Assembly (NCBI GenBank): GCA_038330145.1
Contig: JBBQNR010000002.1
Span: 16,542-80,541, forward strand
Direction: 5' to 3'
DNA length: 64,000 nt
From: Solirubrobacterales bacterium
GTDB taxonomy: Bacteria > Actinomycetota > Thermoleophilia > Solirubrobacterales > JBBDJG01
Shown: positions 21,252 through 29,780 of the stretch, piece by piece
Layout of the letters: every line of letters starts with the position of its first letter
Position numbering within the stretch: position 1 is the stretch's first letter
Notes under the pieces: model-generated
Databases searched by the model: none
What the model was told of the DNA's origin: nothing
Seen by the model: the letters and a program-made list of their open reading frames with translations, nothing else
Translations under genes and position numbers: made by a program

Positions 21252-22493
21252 ATGCAGCGACCGTCTTTCTTCTCACGCGTGCAGGATCTGCTCGCCAAGC
21301 CCTTCGGCGCGGCGCTATTCGGTGCGCTGATCGTGCTGATCGTAGGCGCGATCGCCGTCGAGGCGGGCTGGATCGGCAAGGAGCAGCGCACGGTCGTCAA
21401 CCAGAGCGCCGTCACGACGCCGACCGCGAACGATGGCGGGGCGCTGACCGTCAACCAGATCTACAAGAAGGACGGCCCCGGGGTGGTCTTCATCCGGTCC
21501 CAGATCGAGACTCAGGTCGAATCGCCCTTCGGCCTTCCTCAGCGCCAGAGCGGCGAGGCAACGGGCTCGGGCTTCGTGGTCGACAAGCAGGGCCACATCG
21601 CCACCAATGCCCACGTCGTCGAGGGCGCAAGCAAGATCACCGTCGGCTTCGGGGAGTCGCGCGTCGTAAACGCCAAGCTGGTCGGCAAGGACACCAGCAA
21701 CGACGTCGCGCTGCTGAAGGTGAACGTCGACCAGAACACGCTCGACCCGCTCACGCTCGGCGACTCGACCAAGGCGCAGGTGGGTGACCCTGTGGTTGCG
21801 ATCGGCAACCCATTCGGCCTCGACCGCACGGTCACGACCGGCATCGTGAGCGCGCTCGCGCGCCAGATCAAGGCCCCCAACGGCTTCACGATCCAGAACG
21901 TGATCCAGACCGACGCCGCCATCAACCCCGGCAACTCCGGCGGCCCGCTGATCGACGGACAGGGACGGGTGCTGGGCATCAACTCCCAGATCGCGACGAC
22001 CGGCGGCGGCAACGTGGGCATCGGCTTCGCCGTGCCCGTCAACACGGCCAAGGACATCATCAACCAGCTCAAGAAGAGCGGCAAGGTGGAGCGAGCCTTT
22101 CTCGGAGTGACGGGGTTGACGATCAGCCCGCAGCTCGCCGACAGCCTCAACCTTCCGGCGAACAAGGGAGTGCTGGTGCAGGACGCGACCGGCCCCGCCA
22201 AGAGCGCGGGTGTCAAGGGCGGCGACACACCGGTGACGATCAACGGGGAGCAGCTGCAGCTCGGCGGCGACGTGATCGTCCAGATCGACGACAAGCAGGT
22301 TGAATCCATGACCGATGTCGTTAGCAAGGTCGACAGCAAGAAGCCTGGAGACGAAGTGACTTTGAAGCTGCTGCGAGGATCGAAGGGCAGAACGGTGAAG
22401 GTGAAGCTGGGCAAGCGCCCGGACAACATCAACGCCAACAAGGGCGGCCAGAGCAGCCCCAACGGGCAGGGCTCGCCCACCCCGATCCCGTAG
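21252..22493 (+). CDS. HtrA/DegP-like trypsin-family serine protease with PDZ domain
   Basis: It has an N-terminal TM segment, the catalytic GNSGGPL motif and a C-terminal PDZ-like region. Confidence 0.85.
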   Translation: MQRPSFFSRVQDLLAKPFGAALFGALIVLIVGAIAVEAGWIGKEQRTVVNQSAVTTPTANDGGALTVNQIYKKDGPGVVFIRSQIETQVESPFGLPQRQSGEATGSGFVVDKQGHIATNAHVVEGASKITVGFGESRVVNAKLVGKDTSNDVALLKVNVDQNTLDPLTLGDSTKAQVGDPVVAIGNPFGLDRTVTTGIVSALARQIKAPNGFTIQNVIQTDAAINPGNSGGPLIDGQGRVLGINSQIATTGGGNVGIGFAVPVNTAKDIINQLKKSGKVERAFLGVTGLTISPQLADSLNLPANKGVLVQDATGPAKSAGVKGGDTPVTINGEQLQLGGDVIVQIDDKQVESMTDVVSKVDSKKPGDEVTLKLLRGSKGRTVKVKLGKRPDNINANKGGQSSPNGQGSPTPIP

Positions 22494-22502
22494 CCGGACC
22501 GG

Positions 22503-22570
22503 CGAAGGGAACCCCCTCCTCCCTTCGTCCCCTCCTTCAGGACCCGGAGCCGGCACCGGCCGGCTCCGGG
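22503..22570 (+). terminator. Two hairpins downstream of the htrA-like gene (22503-22527 and 22543-22570)
   Basis: The first is CGAAGGGA, 9 nt, TCCCTTCG. The second is CCCGGAGCCGG, 6 nt, CCGGCTCCGGG. The second lies over the -35 position of the trpF promoter. Confidence 0.4.
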
Positions 22571-22579
22571 GCCAGGCCG

Positions 22580-22585
22580 TACACT
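22580..22585 (+). promoter_or_regulatory. -10 box of leaderless trpFBA
   Basis: TACACT is followed by 7 nt and then ATG 22593. Confidence 0.45.
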
Positions 22586-22592
22586 CAATTTC

Positions 22593-23234
22593 ATGCCTAC
22601 GCAGGTGAAGATCTGTGGCATCACCACCCTCGCCGACGCCGAGCTGGCGGCGGGCCACGGCGCCTGGGCGGTGGGCCTCAATTTCGCTCCGGAGAGCCCG
22701 CGTCGCTGCGATCCCGAGGTTGCGGCCGAGATCGCATCGGCGCTCACGCGCCGCACCGAGGTCGTCGGCGTGTTCGTAAACGCCGTGCTGGACGATCTGG
22801 TCGCCACCGCGCAGTCGGTCGGACTGACGATGCTCCAGCTGCATGGCGAGGAGGGTCCGTCCTACTGTGCGGAGGCGCGGCGGCGCAGCGGTCTGCCGGT
22901 GATCAAGGTTGCCCGCGTGCGGGACTCGGCGGCGGTGCGGGCCCTGTCGGCATACAGGACCGATTTCCACATGCTCGACGCCCACGTCGAGGGGGAGCGC
23001 GGCGGCACGGGGCAGACATTTGACTGGTCGCTGGCGGCCACGCATCGCGGCAAGCCGCCCCTGATCCTCTCCGGTGGCCTCACCCCCGACAATGTTCAGG
23101 AGGCGATCGCGATCGTGCGGCCGCTCGCCGTCGATGTCGCGAGCGGCGTCGAGGCCTCACCGGGACACAAGGACCCCGAGCGGTTGAGCCAGTTCTTCGA
23201 GGCGGTCCGGGCCGCGACGCCGGCCACCGTCTGA
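22593..23234 (+). CDS. trpF: Phosphoribosylanthranilate isomerase
   Basis: It begins VKICGIT and contains [10 protein letters not shown]. It is followed by trpB. Confidence 0.85.
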   Translation: MPTQVKICGITTLADAELAAGHGAWAVGLNFAPESPRRCDPEVAAEIASALTRRTEVVGVFVNAVLDDLVATAQSVGLTMLQLHGEEGPSYCAEARRRSGLPVIKVARVRDSAAVRALSAYRTDFHMLDAHVEGERGGTGQTFDWSLAATHRGKPPLILSGGLTPDNVQEAIAIVRPLAVDVASGVEASPGHKDPERLSQFFEAVRAATPATV

Positions 23235-24406
23235 TGGCCACCCCGGAGCTGGAGCGGCGCTTCGGCCGCTACGGGGGTCGCTACGTCCCCGAGACGCTGA
23301 TGCCGGCGCTCGAGCAGCTCGAGCAGGCATGGAACGATGCTCGCTCGGATCAGCAATTCGGGCACCAGCTCGACCTGTTGCTGCACCGCTACGCCGGCCG
23401 GCCAACGCCGCTCTACGAGGCGACGCGCCTGTCGGAGCGAGTCGGCGCTCGAGTCTTTCTCAAGCGTGAGGACCTCCTTCACACCGGCGCTCACAAGATC
23501 AACAATGCGCTCGGCCAGGCATTGCTCGCCCGGCGCATGGGCAAGCGCCGTGTGATCGCGGAGACCGGCGCCGGGCAGCACGGTGTAGCGACCGCGACCG
23601 CGTGCGCACTGCTCGGGCTCGACTGCGTCGTCTACATGGGAACCGAGGACATGAGGCGCCAGCGGCCGAACGTGGAGCGCATGGAGTTGCTCGGAGCCAC
23701 CGTGGAGCCGGTGGAGACCGGAGCCAGAACGCTCAAGGAGGCCGTCAGCGCCGCCATCCGGGACTGGGTCGCGAACGTGGACAGCACTCACTACGTGATC
23801 GGCTCGGCCGTCGGCCCAGCGCCCTATCCGCTGCTGGTGCGCGACCTTCAGCGTGTGATCGGCGACGAGGCGCGCGCCCAGATCCTGGACCAGGCGGGCC
23901 GGCTGCCCGACCGCGTCGTCGCCTGCGTCGGCGGTGGAAGCAACGCCATCGGCACCTTCCACCCGTTTGTGCCCGACGACGAGGTCGAATTGGTTGGAGT
24001 CGAGGCTGGGGGCGAGGGGCTGGAGAGCGGACGCCACGGCGCGTCGCTTGCCGCCGGCAGCGCCGGCGTGCTGCACGGCGCGCTGTCGTCGGTGTTGCAG
24101 GACGCCGACGGCCAGATCGTCGAGGCGCACTCGGTCTCCGCCGGGCTCGACTATCCCGGCGTCGGACCCGAGCACGCTCATCTGCGCGACACCGGTCGCG
24201 TCCACTACGAGTCGGTGACCGACGAACAGGCGCTGGCCGCCTTCCGCGAGCTTGCACGCCTCGAGGGCATCATCCCAGCGCTCGAGCCGGCACACGCGAT
24301 CGCGTGGGTTCTAGTCAACCCCGGGCGCGAGGGCTCGATCACCCTGGTCACCCTCAGCGGACGCGGCGACAAGGACCTGGCAGAGGTGCTCGGAAAGGCC
24401 GGTTGA
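23234..24406 (+). CDS. trpB: Tryptophan synthase beta chain
   Basis: The motifs HTGAHKINN and GGGSNAIG are present. Confidence 0.92.
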   Translation: MATPELERRFGRYGGRYVPETLMPALEQLEQAWNDARSDQQFGHQLDLLLHRYAGRPTPLYEATRLSERVGARVFLKREDLLHTGAHKINNALGQALLARRMGKRRVIAETGAGQHGVATATACALLGLDCVVYMGTEDMRRQRPNVERMELLGATVEPVETGARTLKEAVSAAIRDWVANVDSTHYVIGSAVGPAPYPLLVRDLQRVIGDEARAQILDQAGRLPDRVVACVGGGSNAIGTFHPFVPDDEVELVGVEAGGEGLESGRHGASLAAGSAGVLHGALSSVLQDADGQIVEAHSVSAGLDYPGVGPEHAHLRDTGRVHYESVTDEQALAAFRELARLEGIIPALEPAHAIAWVLVNPGREGSITLVTLSGRGDKDLAEVLGKAG

Positions 24407-25221
24407 TCGCACGGGTGAGCGCAACAGCCGGCGCCGAGCGGATAGCAGGCGCCTTTGCTTCCGCCCCGGGCAGGGCGGCGCTGATGCCCTACATGATGGG
24501 CGGCTTCCCCGAGCTGCCGGCATCGCTGCTCATCGGCCAGGAGCTCGCCGGTGCCGGCGCGGACCTGATCGAGCTCGGCATTCCCTTCTCCGATCCGCTC
24601 GCGGACGGCCCGGCTATCCAGGCGGCGGGCGAGCGCGCGCTGGAGGGGGGCGCGACCTTCGAGCGCGTGCTGGAGCAGGTCGCCGCGCCGCTGGCGCCGG
24701 CTGTCCCGCTGGTAGTGATGTGTTACGTCAACCCGTTGCTGAAACGGGGCTTCGACCAGGTCGCCGGCCGTCTTGCCGAGCTAGGCGTCGCGGGCCTGAT
24801 CGTGCCGGACCTGCCCGCCGAGGAGGCCGGCGAGCTGCGCGCGGCATGCGACATCCACGGCGTGGCGCTGGTGCCGCTGGTAGCGCCGACCACCCCTCCG
24901 CGGGCGGTCGAGCGGATCGCCGCGCTCGCGCGAGGCTTCGTCTACGTCGTCTCGGTGACCGGGGTGACCGGCGAGCGCTCGAGCCTGCCGCCAGAGTTAT
25001 CGGCCGTGGTCGAGCGGGTGCGAAGCGCCGCGACGGTACCGGTCGCTGTGGGATTCGGCGTCGGAACATCGGAGCAGGTCGCCCAGGTGGGCGAGATCGC
25101 CGACGGCGTGATAGTCGGGAGCCGGCTGGTGCGAGCGATCGCCGATGCCTCCGGACTGGCGCAGGGCATCGACGATGCGCGCCAGTTCATGCACGCCGCC
25201 GGCCAGGCCCTCACCCGGTGA
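24403..25221 (+). CDS. trpA: Tryptophan synthase alpha chain
   Basis: The block [17 protein letters not shown] is present. The inferred TTG start at 24403 overlaps the trpB TGA. Confidence 0.88.
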   Translation: MIARVSATAGAERIAGAFASAPGRAALMPYMMGGFPELPASLLIGQELAGAGADLIELGIPFSDPLADGPAIQAAGERALEGGATFERVLEQVAAPLAPAVPLVVMCYVNPLLKRGFDQVAGRLAELGVAGLIVPDLPAEEAGELRAACDIHGVALVPLVAPTTPPRAVERIAALARGFVYVVSVTGVTGERSSLPPELSAVVERVRSAATVPVAVGFGVGTSEQVAQVGEIADGVIVGSRLVRAIADASGLAQGIDDARQFMHAAGQALTR

Positions 25222-25298
25222 CGCTTCGCGTTCCCGGCGAACGATCCTCACGCAGTGACGCTTCCGTTCCCGGCGAACGTTCCGAGCAGCGCCACGAG
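25218..25298 (+). repeat. Family A 3'-arm fragment, tandemly duplicated (37-nt unit then 44-nt unit)
   Basis: GTGACGCTTC(G)CGTTCCCGGCGAACG(A/T)TCC occurs twice. The second unit continues ...GAGCAGCGCCACGAG, which matches the 3' arm of copies 1-3. It starts at the trpA stop. Confidence 0.7.
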
Positions 25299-25389
25299 AG
25301 CGTCTCGGCCTTCACGTGATCGGCTGTCGTATCGTATGGCGGCTGTTCGCGACCACCGCCCGTTCAGGACACCGACCAGGAGCGCCGAG

Positions 25390-25554
25390 ATGATCGTCTA
25401 CCTTGCCGCCGTCATCGGAGCATGCATCTTCGTCGTGCTCTGGGCGACGGGCCTGAACGCGGACGTCGCCGGGCTGATCGCCCTGGCGATCCTGGGAGCC
25501 GGGATCCTGGGACACATGGCCACGTCGGCGGGCACAGACGAGGAACGCACCTAG
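25390..25554 (+). CDS. Small hypothetical membrane protein (54 aa, two predicted TM helices)
   Basis: An AGGAG Shine-Dalgarno lies about 6 nt before ATG 25390. Third codon positions are strongly G/C. The protein is hydrophobic (MIVYLAAVIGACIFVVLWATG...). Confidence 0.5.
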   Translation: MIVYLAAVIGACIFVVLWATGLNADVAGLIALAILGAGILGHMATSAGTDEERT

Positions 25555-25606
25555 TGGGCCTTCTCGGAACGTTCACCAGGTGAAACGGTTTGAGAGGGGC
25601 CTCTAG
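25551..25606 (-). repeat. Family A core-less mini-element (two arms joined as one long hairpin, inverted orientation)
   Basis: It reads CTAGTGGGCCTTCTCGGAACGTTCACC-AGG-TGAAACGGTTTGAGAGGGGCCTCTAG. The first arm matches the reverse complement of the copy 2 3' arm. It starts at the TAG of the small ORF. Confidence 0.7.
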
Positions 25607-25628
25607 CTTCCTGGCCGTGCGCGCGTCG

Positions 25629-25663
25629 GCTCGCCATTCGCCGGCGAACCTTTCGACTGAGGC
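25629..25663 (+). repeat. Family A 3'-arm-like fragment
   Basis: GCTCGCCATTCGCCGGCGAACCTTTCGACTGAGGCC resembles CTCGCCGTTCCCTGGCGACCGTTCCGAGCCAGACC of copy 3. The similarity is weaker than for the other fragments. Confidence 0.4.
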
Positions 25664-25665
25664 CG

Positions 25666-26703
25666 TTACCCGAAGAAGGTCCGCGCCAGCCTCAGGTACG
25701 AGAGGTCGATGCGCTTCAGCCCCGTGACCTCGCTGAGCGGCACGCTCGTGATCTCCTGACCGTGCAGGGCCACCATGCGCCCGAAATCGCCGCTCTCGAC
25801 CAGCTCGGCCGCCTTGACGCCATAGCGCGTTGCCAGCACGCGGTCGGAGGCCGTCGGTGTGCCCCCGCGCTGGACGTGGCCGAGCGTCGTGACCCTCGTC
25901 TCGAAGCCGGTGCGGGACTCGATCTCCTCTCCCAGCGCGAGGCCGATGCCACCGAGCCTCGGATAGCCGTACTGGTCGGTCACCTCCGAGGTGCGTATCT
26001 GCCGCTTCTCGCCTGACTGGAAGGCAAGCTGGGCGCCCTCCGCGACGACCACGATCGAGAAGTCCTTGCCCCGCTCGTGGCGCAGGTTGATGGACTCGCA
26101 GATCTCCTCCACGGTCAGCTCGAGCTCGGGGATCACGATCGCGTCGGCGCCGCCGGCAATGCCGCTGAAGACGGCGATCCAACCGGTATTGCGACCCATC
26201 ACCTCGATCACCATCACCCGGTCGTGTGACTGGGCCGTGGTGTGCAGGCGGTCGATCGCGTCGCTCGCAACCTGGACCGCGGTGGCAAAGCCGAAGGTGA
26301 AGTCGGTGCAGGGCACGTCATTGTCGATCGTCTTGGGAACGCCGACCATCGGCAGGCCAACCTCGTCGTTGAGCCGCCGGGTGATGGACATCGTGTGCTC
26401 GCCGCCGATCGCGACCACGGCGTCGAATTCGTCCTCGTGAAAGGTGGCCTTAACGAGCTCGACGCCGTCCGTATGCCGGAAGGGGTCGTAGCTCGAGGTC
26501 GAGAGGATCGTTCCGCCCAGCGGCAGGATGCCCGACACCGTGCGCATGTTGAGCGGCTCGTACATCCGCTCCGCCAGGCCGAGATAGCCCCTTCGCAGCC
26601 CCAGCACCTGGTGGCCTCCGTTGAGGCAGCGCCGAGTCACCGCCCGGATCACGGCGTTCAGGCCAGGGCAGTCGCCGCCGGCTGTGAGCACGCCGACCTT
26701 CAC
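25666..26703 (-). CDS. pfkA: 6-phosphofructokinase (ATP- or PPi-dependent, not resolved)
   Basis: It begins MKVGVLTAGGDCPGLNAVIRAV and has PFK family blocks. The start is GTG. Confidence 0.88.
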   Translation of the reverse strand: MKVGVLTAGGDCPGLNAVIRAVTRRCLNGGHQVLGLRRGYLGLAERMYEPLNMRTVSGILPLGGTILSTSSYDPFRHTDGVELVKATFHEDEFDAVVAIGGEHTMSITRRLNDEVGLPMVGVPKTIDNDVPCTDFTFGFATAVQVASDAIDRLHTTAQSHDRVMVIEVMGRNTGWIAVFSGIAGGADAIVIPELELTVEEICESINLRHERGKDFSIVVVAEGAQLAFQSGEKRQIRTSEVTDQYGYPRLGGIGLALGEEIESRTGFETRVTTLGHVQRGGTPTASDRVLATRYGVKAAELVESGDFGRMVALHGQEITSVPLSEVTGLKRIDLSYLRLARTFFG

Positions 26704-26711
26704 CTCGGCGG

Positions 26712-26717
26712 ACTATA
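26712..26717 (-). promoter_or_regulatory. -10 box of leaderless pfkA
   Basis: On the minus strand, TATAGT is followed by 8 nt and then GTG (26703-26701). Confidence 0.45.
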
Positions 26718-26864
26718 TAGCCGTCCCCGGGGGGCTCTGAGAGCCACAAAGAAATGCCCGCTGTGCCTCGGAGCTGGCCGGCTCGCGACGGGCGGGCCCT
26801 GCGCAGGCGGCTGCCGCGGTCTGCACGGCGCATTAGAATCGCGCCTCCCCGGCCTGCCCCTGAT

Positions 26865-28112
26865 TTGACGAGAGCCCCCATCACAGCCGCGATCGTGGCC
26901 GTCGCGCTGGCGGTCGCCGGTTGCGGCGGAGACCAGAGCCGCGGCGGCGAGATCTCCGGCGACACGCTCACGGTCTACTCGAGCATGCCGTTACAGGGGC
27001 CGTACGCCGCTCATTCGAAGGCGATCATCAACGGTGAGAAGCTTGCCCTGAAGCAGGTCGGTGGCAAGGCCGGGTCCTTCAAGGTCAACTTCGCCGCGCG
27101 CGACGACGCGAAGGCGGGCGGCTCCGAGACGCCGAGGTGGAGCCCCGATCGCACCGCCGACAACGCCACCAAGGCGGCGCAGGACTCGCGCACGCTCGGC
27201 TACGTCGGCGAGTTCGACTCCGGGGCGACGGCGATCTCGATCCCGATCACCAACGAGGCGAGCTTCGTACAGGTGAGCCCGGCGGCGACCGCGGTCGGCC
27301 TCACCAAGCTGGTGCCCGGGGCGGACAAGGGCGAGCCCGACAAGTACTACCCCTCGGGCGAGAGGACCTTCGCGCGGGTGATCCCGGCCGACGACGTGCA
27401 GGCATCGGCGGGTGCCGCGTGGGCGAAGCGCCTGGGCGTGCGCAAGGTCTTCGTGGTCGACGACAAGAGCGTCGGCGGCGAGGGCCTCGTGAACCAGTTC
27501 TCGGACGCGGTCGAGCGACTCGGCGGAGGCATGCGGGTCGTGGGTCAGAAGGGGATGGACCCGCGCGCAAGCGAGTACCGCGCCTTCGTCCGCGAAATCG
27601 CCAAGGCGGATCCCGACCTCGTCTACTTCAGCGGCGGCGCGGAGAGCAACGCGGTGCGCTTCTGGCGCGACCTGCGCGGCGAGCTGCCCGATGTGCGCGC
27701 GATGGCATCCGGCCGGCTGCTGACGCCGGACTTCTACGGCAGGCTCGGCACGACTGCCGGCGAGACATACATCACGTCGCCGGCACAGGACCCGCGCCAG
27801 CTCCCGGCCGAGGGGCAGCGCTTCCTGCGCGAATATCGGACCGAGTTCGGCGGGCGCCCGGACCCCTACGCCGCCTACGGCCACGCCTCGATGGCCCTGC
27901 TGCTCGACGCCATCCGGCGCGCGGGCGACAAGGCCGGCAAACGCAGCGAGATCGTCAACCGGGTCTTCGACACGAAGGGCTTCCGCAGCGTGATCGGGAC
28001 GTTCTCGATCGACGACAACGGGGACACGAGCCTGGTGAAGGTTGCCGGTTACCGCCTGCGGGGCGGAAGGCCCCTATTCGTCGAGGGCCTGCAGGGCGAG
28101 GCGCGAGGGTAG
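26865..28112 (+). CDS. ABC transporter substrate-binding lipoprotein (LivK / branched-chain amino acid type)
   Basis: It has a lipobox (AVALAVAGCGG) and a type-I periplasmic binding fold pattern. The ORF opens at 26754, and the start is inferred at TTG 26865. Confidence 0.7.
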   Translation: MTRAPITAAIVAVALAVAGCGGDQSRGGEISGDTLTVYSSMPLQGPYAAHSKAIINGEKLALKQVGGKAGSFKVNFAARDDAKAGGSETPRWSPDRTADNATKAAQDSRTLGYVGEFDSGATAISIPITNEASFVQVSPAATAVGLTKLVPGADKGEPDKYYPSGERTFARVIPADDVQASAGAAWAKRLGVRKVFVVDDKSVGGEGLVNQFSDAVERLGGGMRVVGQKGMDPRASEYRAFVREIAKADPDLVYFSGGAESNAVRFWRDLRGELPDVRAMASGRLLTPDFYGRLGTTAGETYITSPAQDPRQLPAEGQRFLREYRTEFGGRPDPYAAYGHASMALLLDAIRRAGDKAGKRSEIVNRVFDTKGFRSVIGTFSIDDNGDTSLVKVAGYRLRGGRPLFVEGLQGEARG

Positions 28113-28129
28113 CCCCCGCCGGCGGGGGC
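28112..28129. terminator. Bidirectional GC hairpin between the convergent substrate-binding protein and malic enzyme genes
   Basis: GCCCCCGCCGGCGGGGGC is a perfect 18-nt palindrome with no U-tract. Confidence 0.45.
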
Positions 28130-28152
28130 GCGGCGCGAGGTGGCGCTGAGGC

Positions 28153-29598
28153 TCAGCCGACCTGAAGCTGGACGCCGGTCGGCTGCTCCCCGCGCACGAC
28201 GCCGGCGCGGCGAGCCTCCTCGGCGACGAATCCGGCCACCGCCGTGACGACGTCGCGATTGAAGACGCTCGGGATGATGTAGTCCTCGGTCAGCTCGGAG
28301 TCGGGGATGACGTCGGCGATCGCGTGTGCGGCCACCAGCTTCATCTCCTCGGTGATCTTGACCGCCCGCGCGTCCAGCGCTCCGCGGAAGATGCCGGGGA
28401 AAGCAAGCACGTTGTTGATCTGGTTCGGGTAGTCCGAGCGTCCGGTGGCCACGATGCGTACGTATGGAGCGGCCTCCTCCGGCATCACCTCGGGCTCGGG
28501 GTTGGCCATCGCGAACACCATCGCGTCGTCGTTCATCCTGCGCAGCGCCTCCGGGCGGATCACCCGCGCTCCCGAAAGGCCGATGAAGAGGTCCGCTCCG
28601 TCGAGCACGTCCTCGGGGCCGCCGGAGCGCTTGGCGAAGTTCGAGTTCTCGGCATACCAGCGCTTGAGCGGGTGCATCTCGTCCCAGTCGTCGCGCTCGG
28701 TGTGGATCATGCCGTGCGTGTCGCAGCCGACGATCTCGCCGACGCCGGCGCGCAGCAGCATGCGCGTGACCGCGATCCCCGCCGCGCCGAGGCCGACCAT
28801 GCCGACGCGCATGTCCTCCAAGCGCTTGCCCGTGATCTTGAGAGCGTTGAAGAGCGCCGCCATCACGACCACCGCGGTGCCGTGCTGGTCGTCGTGGAAG
28901 ACCGGGATGTCGAGGTCCTCGTTGAGGCGGTCCTCGATCTCGAAGCAGCGCGGAGACGAGATGTCCTCGAGGTTGATGCCGCCGAAGACCGGCGCTATGG
29001 CGCGCACCGTGGCGACGATCTCGTCGGGGTCGGTGGTGTCGAGGCAGATCGGGAACGCGTCGACGTCGGCGAACTCCTTGAAAAGCATCGCCTTGCCCTC
29101 CATCACCGGCAGGGCCGCCCTGGGGCCGATGTCGCCGAGACCCAGCACAGCCGTGCCGTCGGTCACGACGGCGACGTAGTTCTGCTTGATCGTGTAGCGA
29201 AACGCCTTCTCCGGGTCCTCGTTGATGGCGAGGCAGACCCGCGCCACACCCGGCGTGTAGGCCATCGAAAGGTCGTCCCGTGTCTCCAGGCGGTGCTTGT
29301 TTCGCTGGCTGATCTTGCCGCCCAGGTGAAGCCGGAAGGTGCGGTCCTGGACCTCCAGCAGCTCGACGCCCTGAATCGCCTTGACCGCGTTCATGATGTC
29401 GTCCCAGTGCTCGCGGTCGCGAGCGTCGACGGCGACGTCTCGCAGCAGCCAGTTGTCGTGGGTCTCGACGATGTCGATCGCCCCGATCTGCCCGCCTGCG
29501 CGACCGATCGCCGAAGTGACCTCGCCGAGCACGCCCGGTGAGTTCTCGAGCTTGAGTCGAAGGGTGAGGCTGTAAGAGGCGCTGGGAGTAAGCGGCAT
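28153..29598 (-). CDS. NAD(P)-dependent malic enzyme with N-terminal ACT domain
   Basis: Malic enzyme blocks are present (AYTPGVARVC, VVTDGTAVLGLGDIG, GAGAAGIA), preceded by an ACT-like segment of about 70 aa. The start is inferred at ATG 29598; the ORF opens at 29766. Confidence 0.85.
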   Translation of the reverse strand: MPLTPSASYSLTLRLKLENSPGVLGEVTSAIGRAGGQIGAIDIVETHDNWLLRDVAVDARDREHWDDIMNAVKAIQGVELLEVQDRTFRLHLGGKISQRNKHRLETRDDLSMAYTPGVARVCLAINEDPEKAFRYTIKQNYVAVVTDGTAVLGLGDIGPRAALPVMEGKAMLFKEFADVDAFPICLDTTDPDEIVATVRAIAPVFGGINLEDISSPRCFEIEDRLNEDLDIPVFHDDQHGTAVVVMAALFNALKITGKRLEDMRVGMVGLGAAGIAVTRMLLRAGVGEIVGCDTHGMIHTERDDWDEMHPLKRWYAENSNFAKRSGGPEDVLDGADLFIGLSGARVIRPEALRRMNDDAMVFAMANPEPEVMPEEAAPYVRIVATGRSDYPNQINNVLAFPGIFRGALDARAVKITEEMKLVAAHAIADVIPDSELTEDYIIPSVFNRDVVTAVAGFVAEEARRAGVVRGEQPTGVQLQVG

Positions 29599-29765
29599 CG
29601 CTTGCCGGGCTCCTCGTCGGTTTGGAAAGCGCAAAGTCCCGCACATCATACTTTCGCGCACGTTGCGCAGTTCGCGCTCGCTTTCATGCGACACGATGTA
29701 TGCGCCCCCGGACCGGCCCGACTCCACCATCACCGGAGGGCCGCCGCCGCAACTGCATCGCCTCA

Positions 29766-29771
29766 TATCCT
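29766..29771 (+). promoter_or_regulatory. -10 box of leaderless polA
   Basis: TATCCT is followed by 9 nt and then ATG 29781. Confidence 0.35.
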
Positions 29772-29780
29772 TGGGGCACT

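Noticed and set aside
29621-29670. There is a near-palindrome GCGCAAAGT...ACTTTCGCGC in the malic enzyme / polA divergent region.
   Set aside because: It is imperfect, occurs only once, and overlaps the likely malic enzyme -10 box (TATGAT). The evidence is not enough to call an operator.
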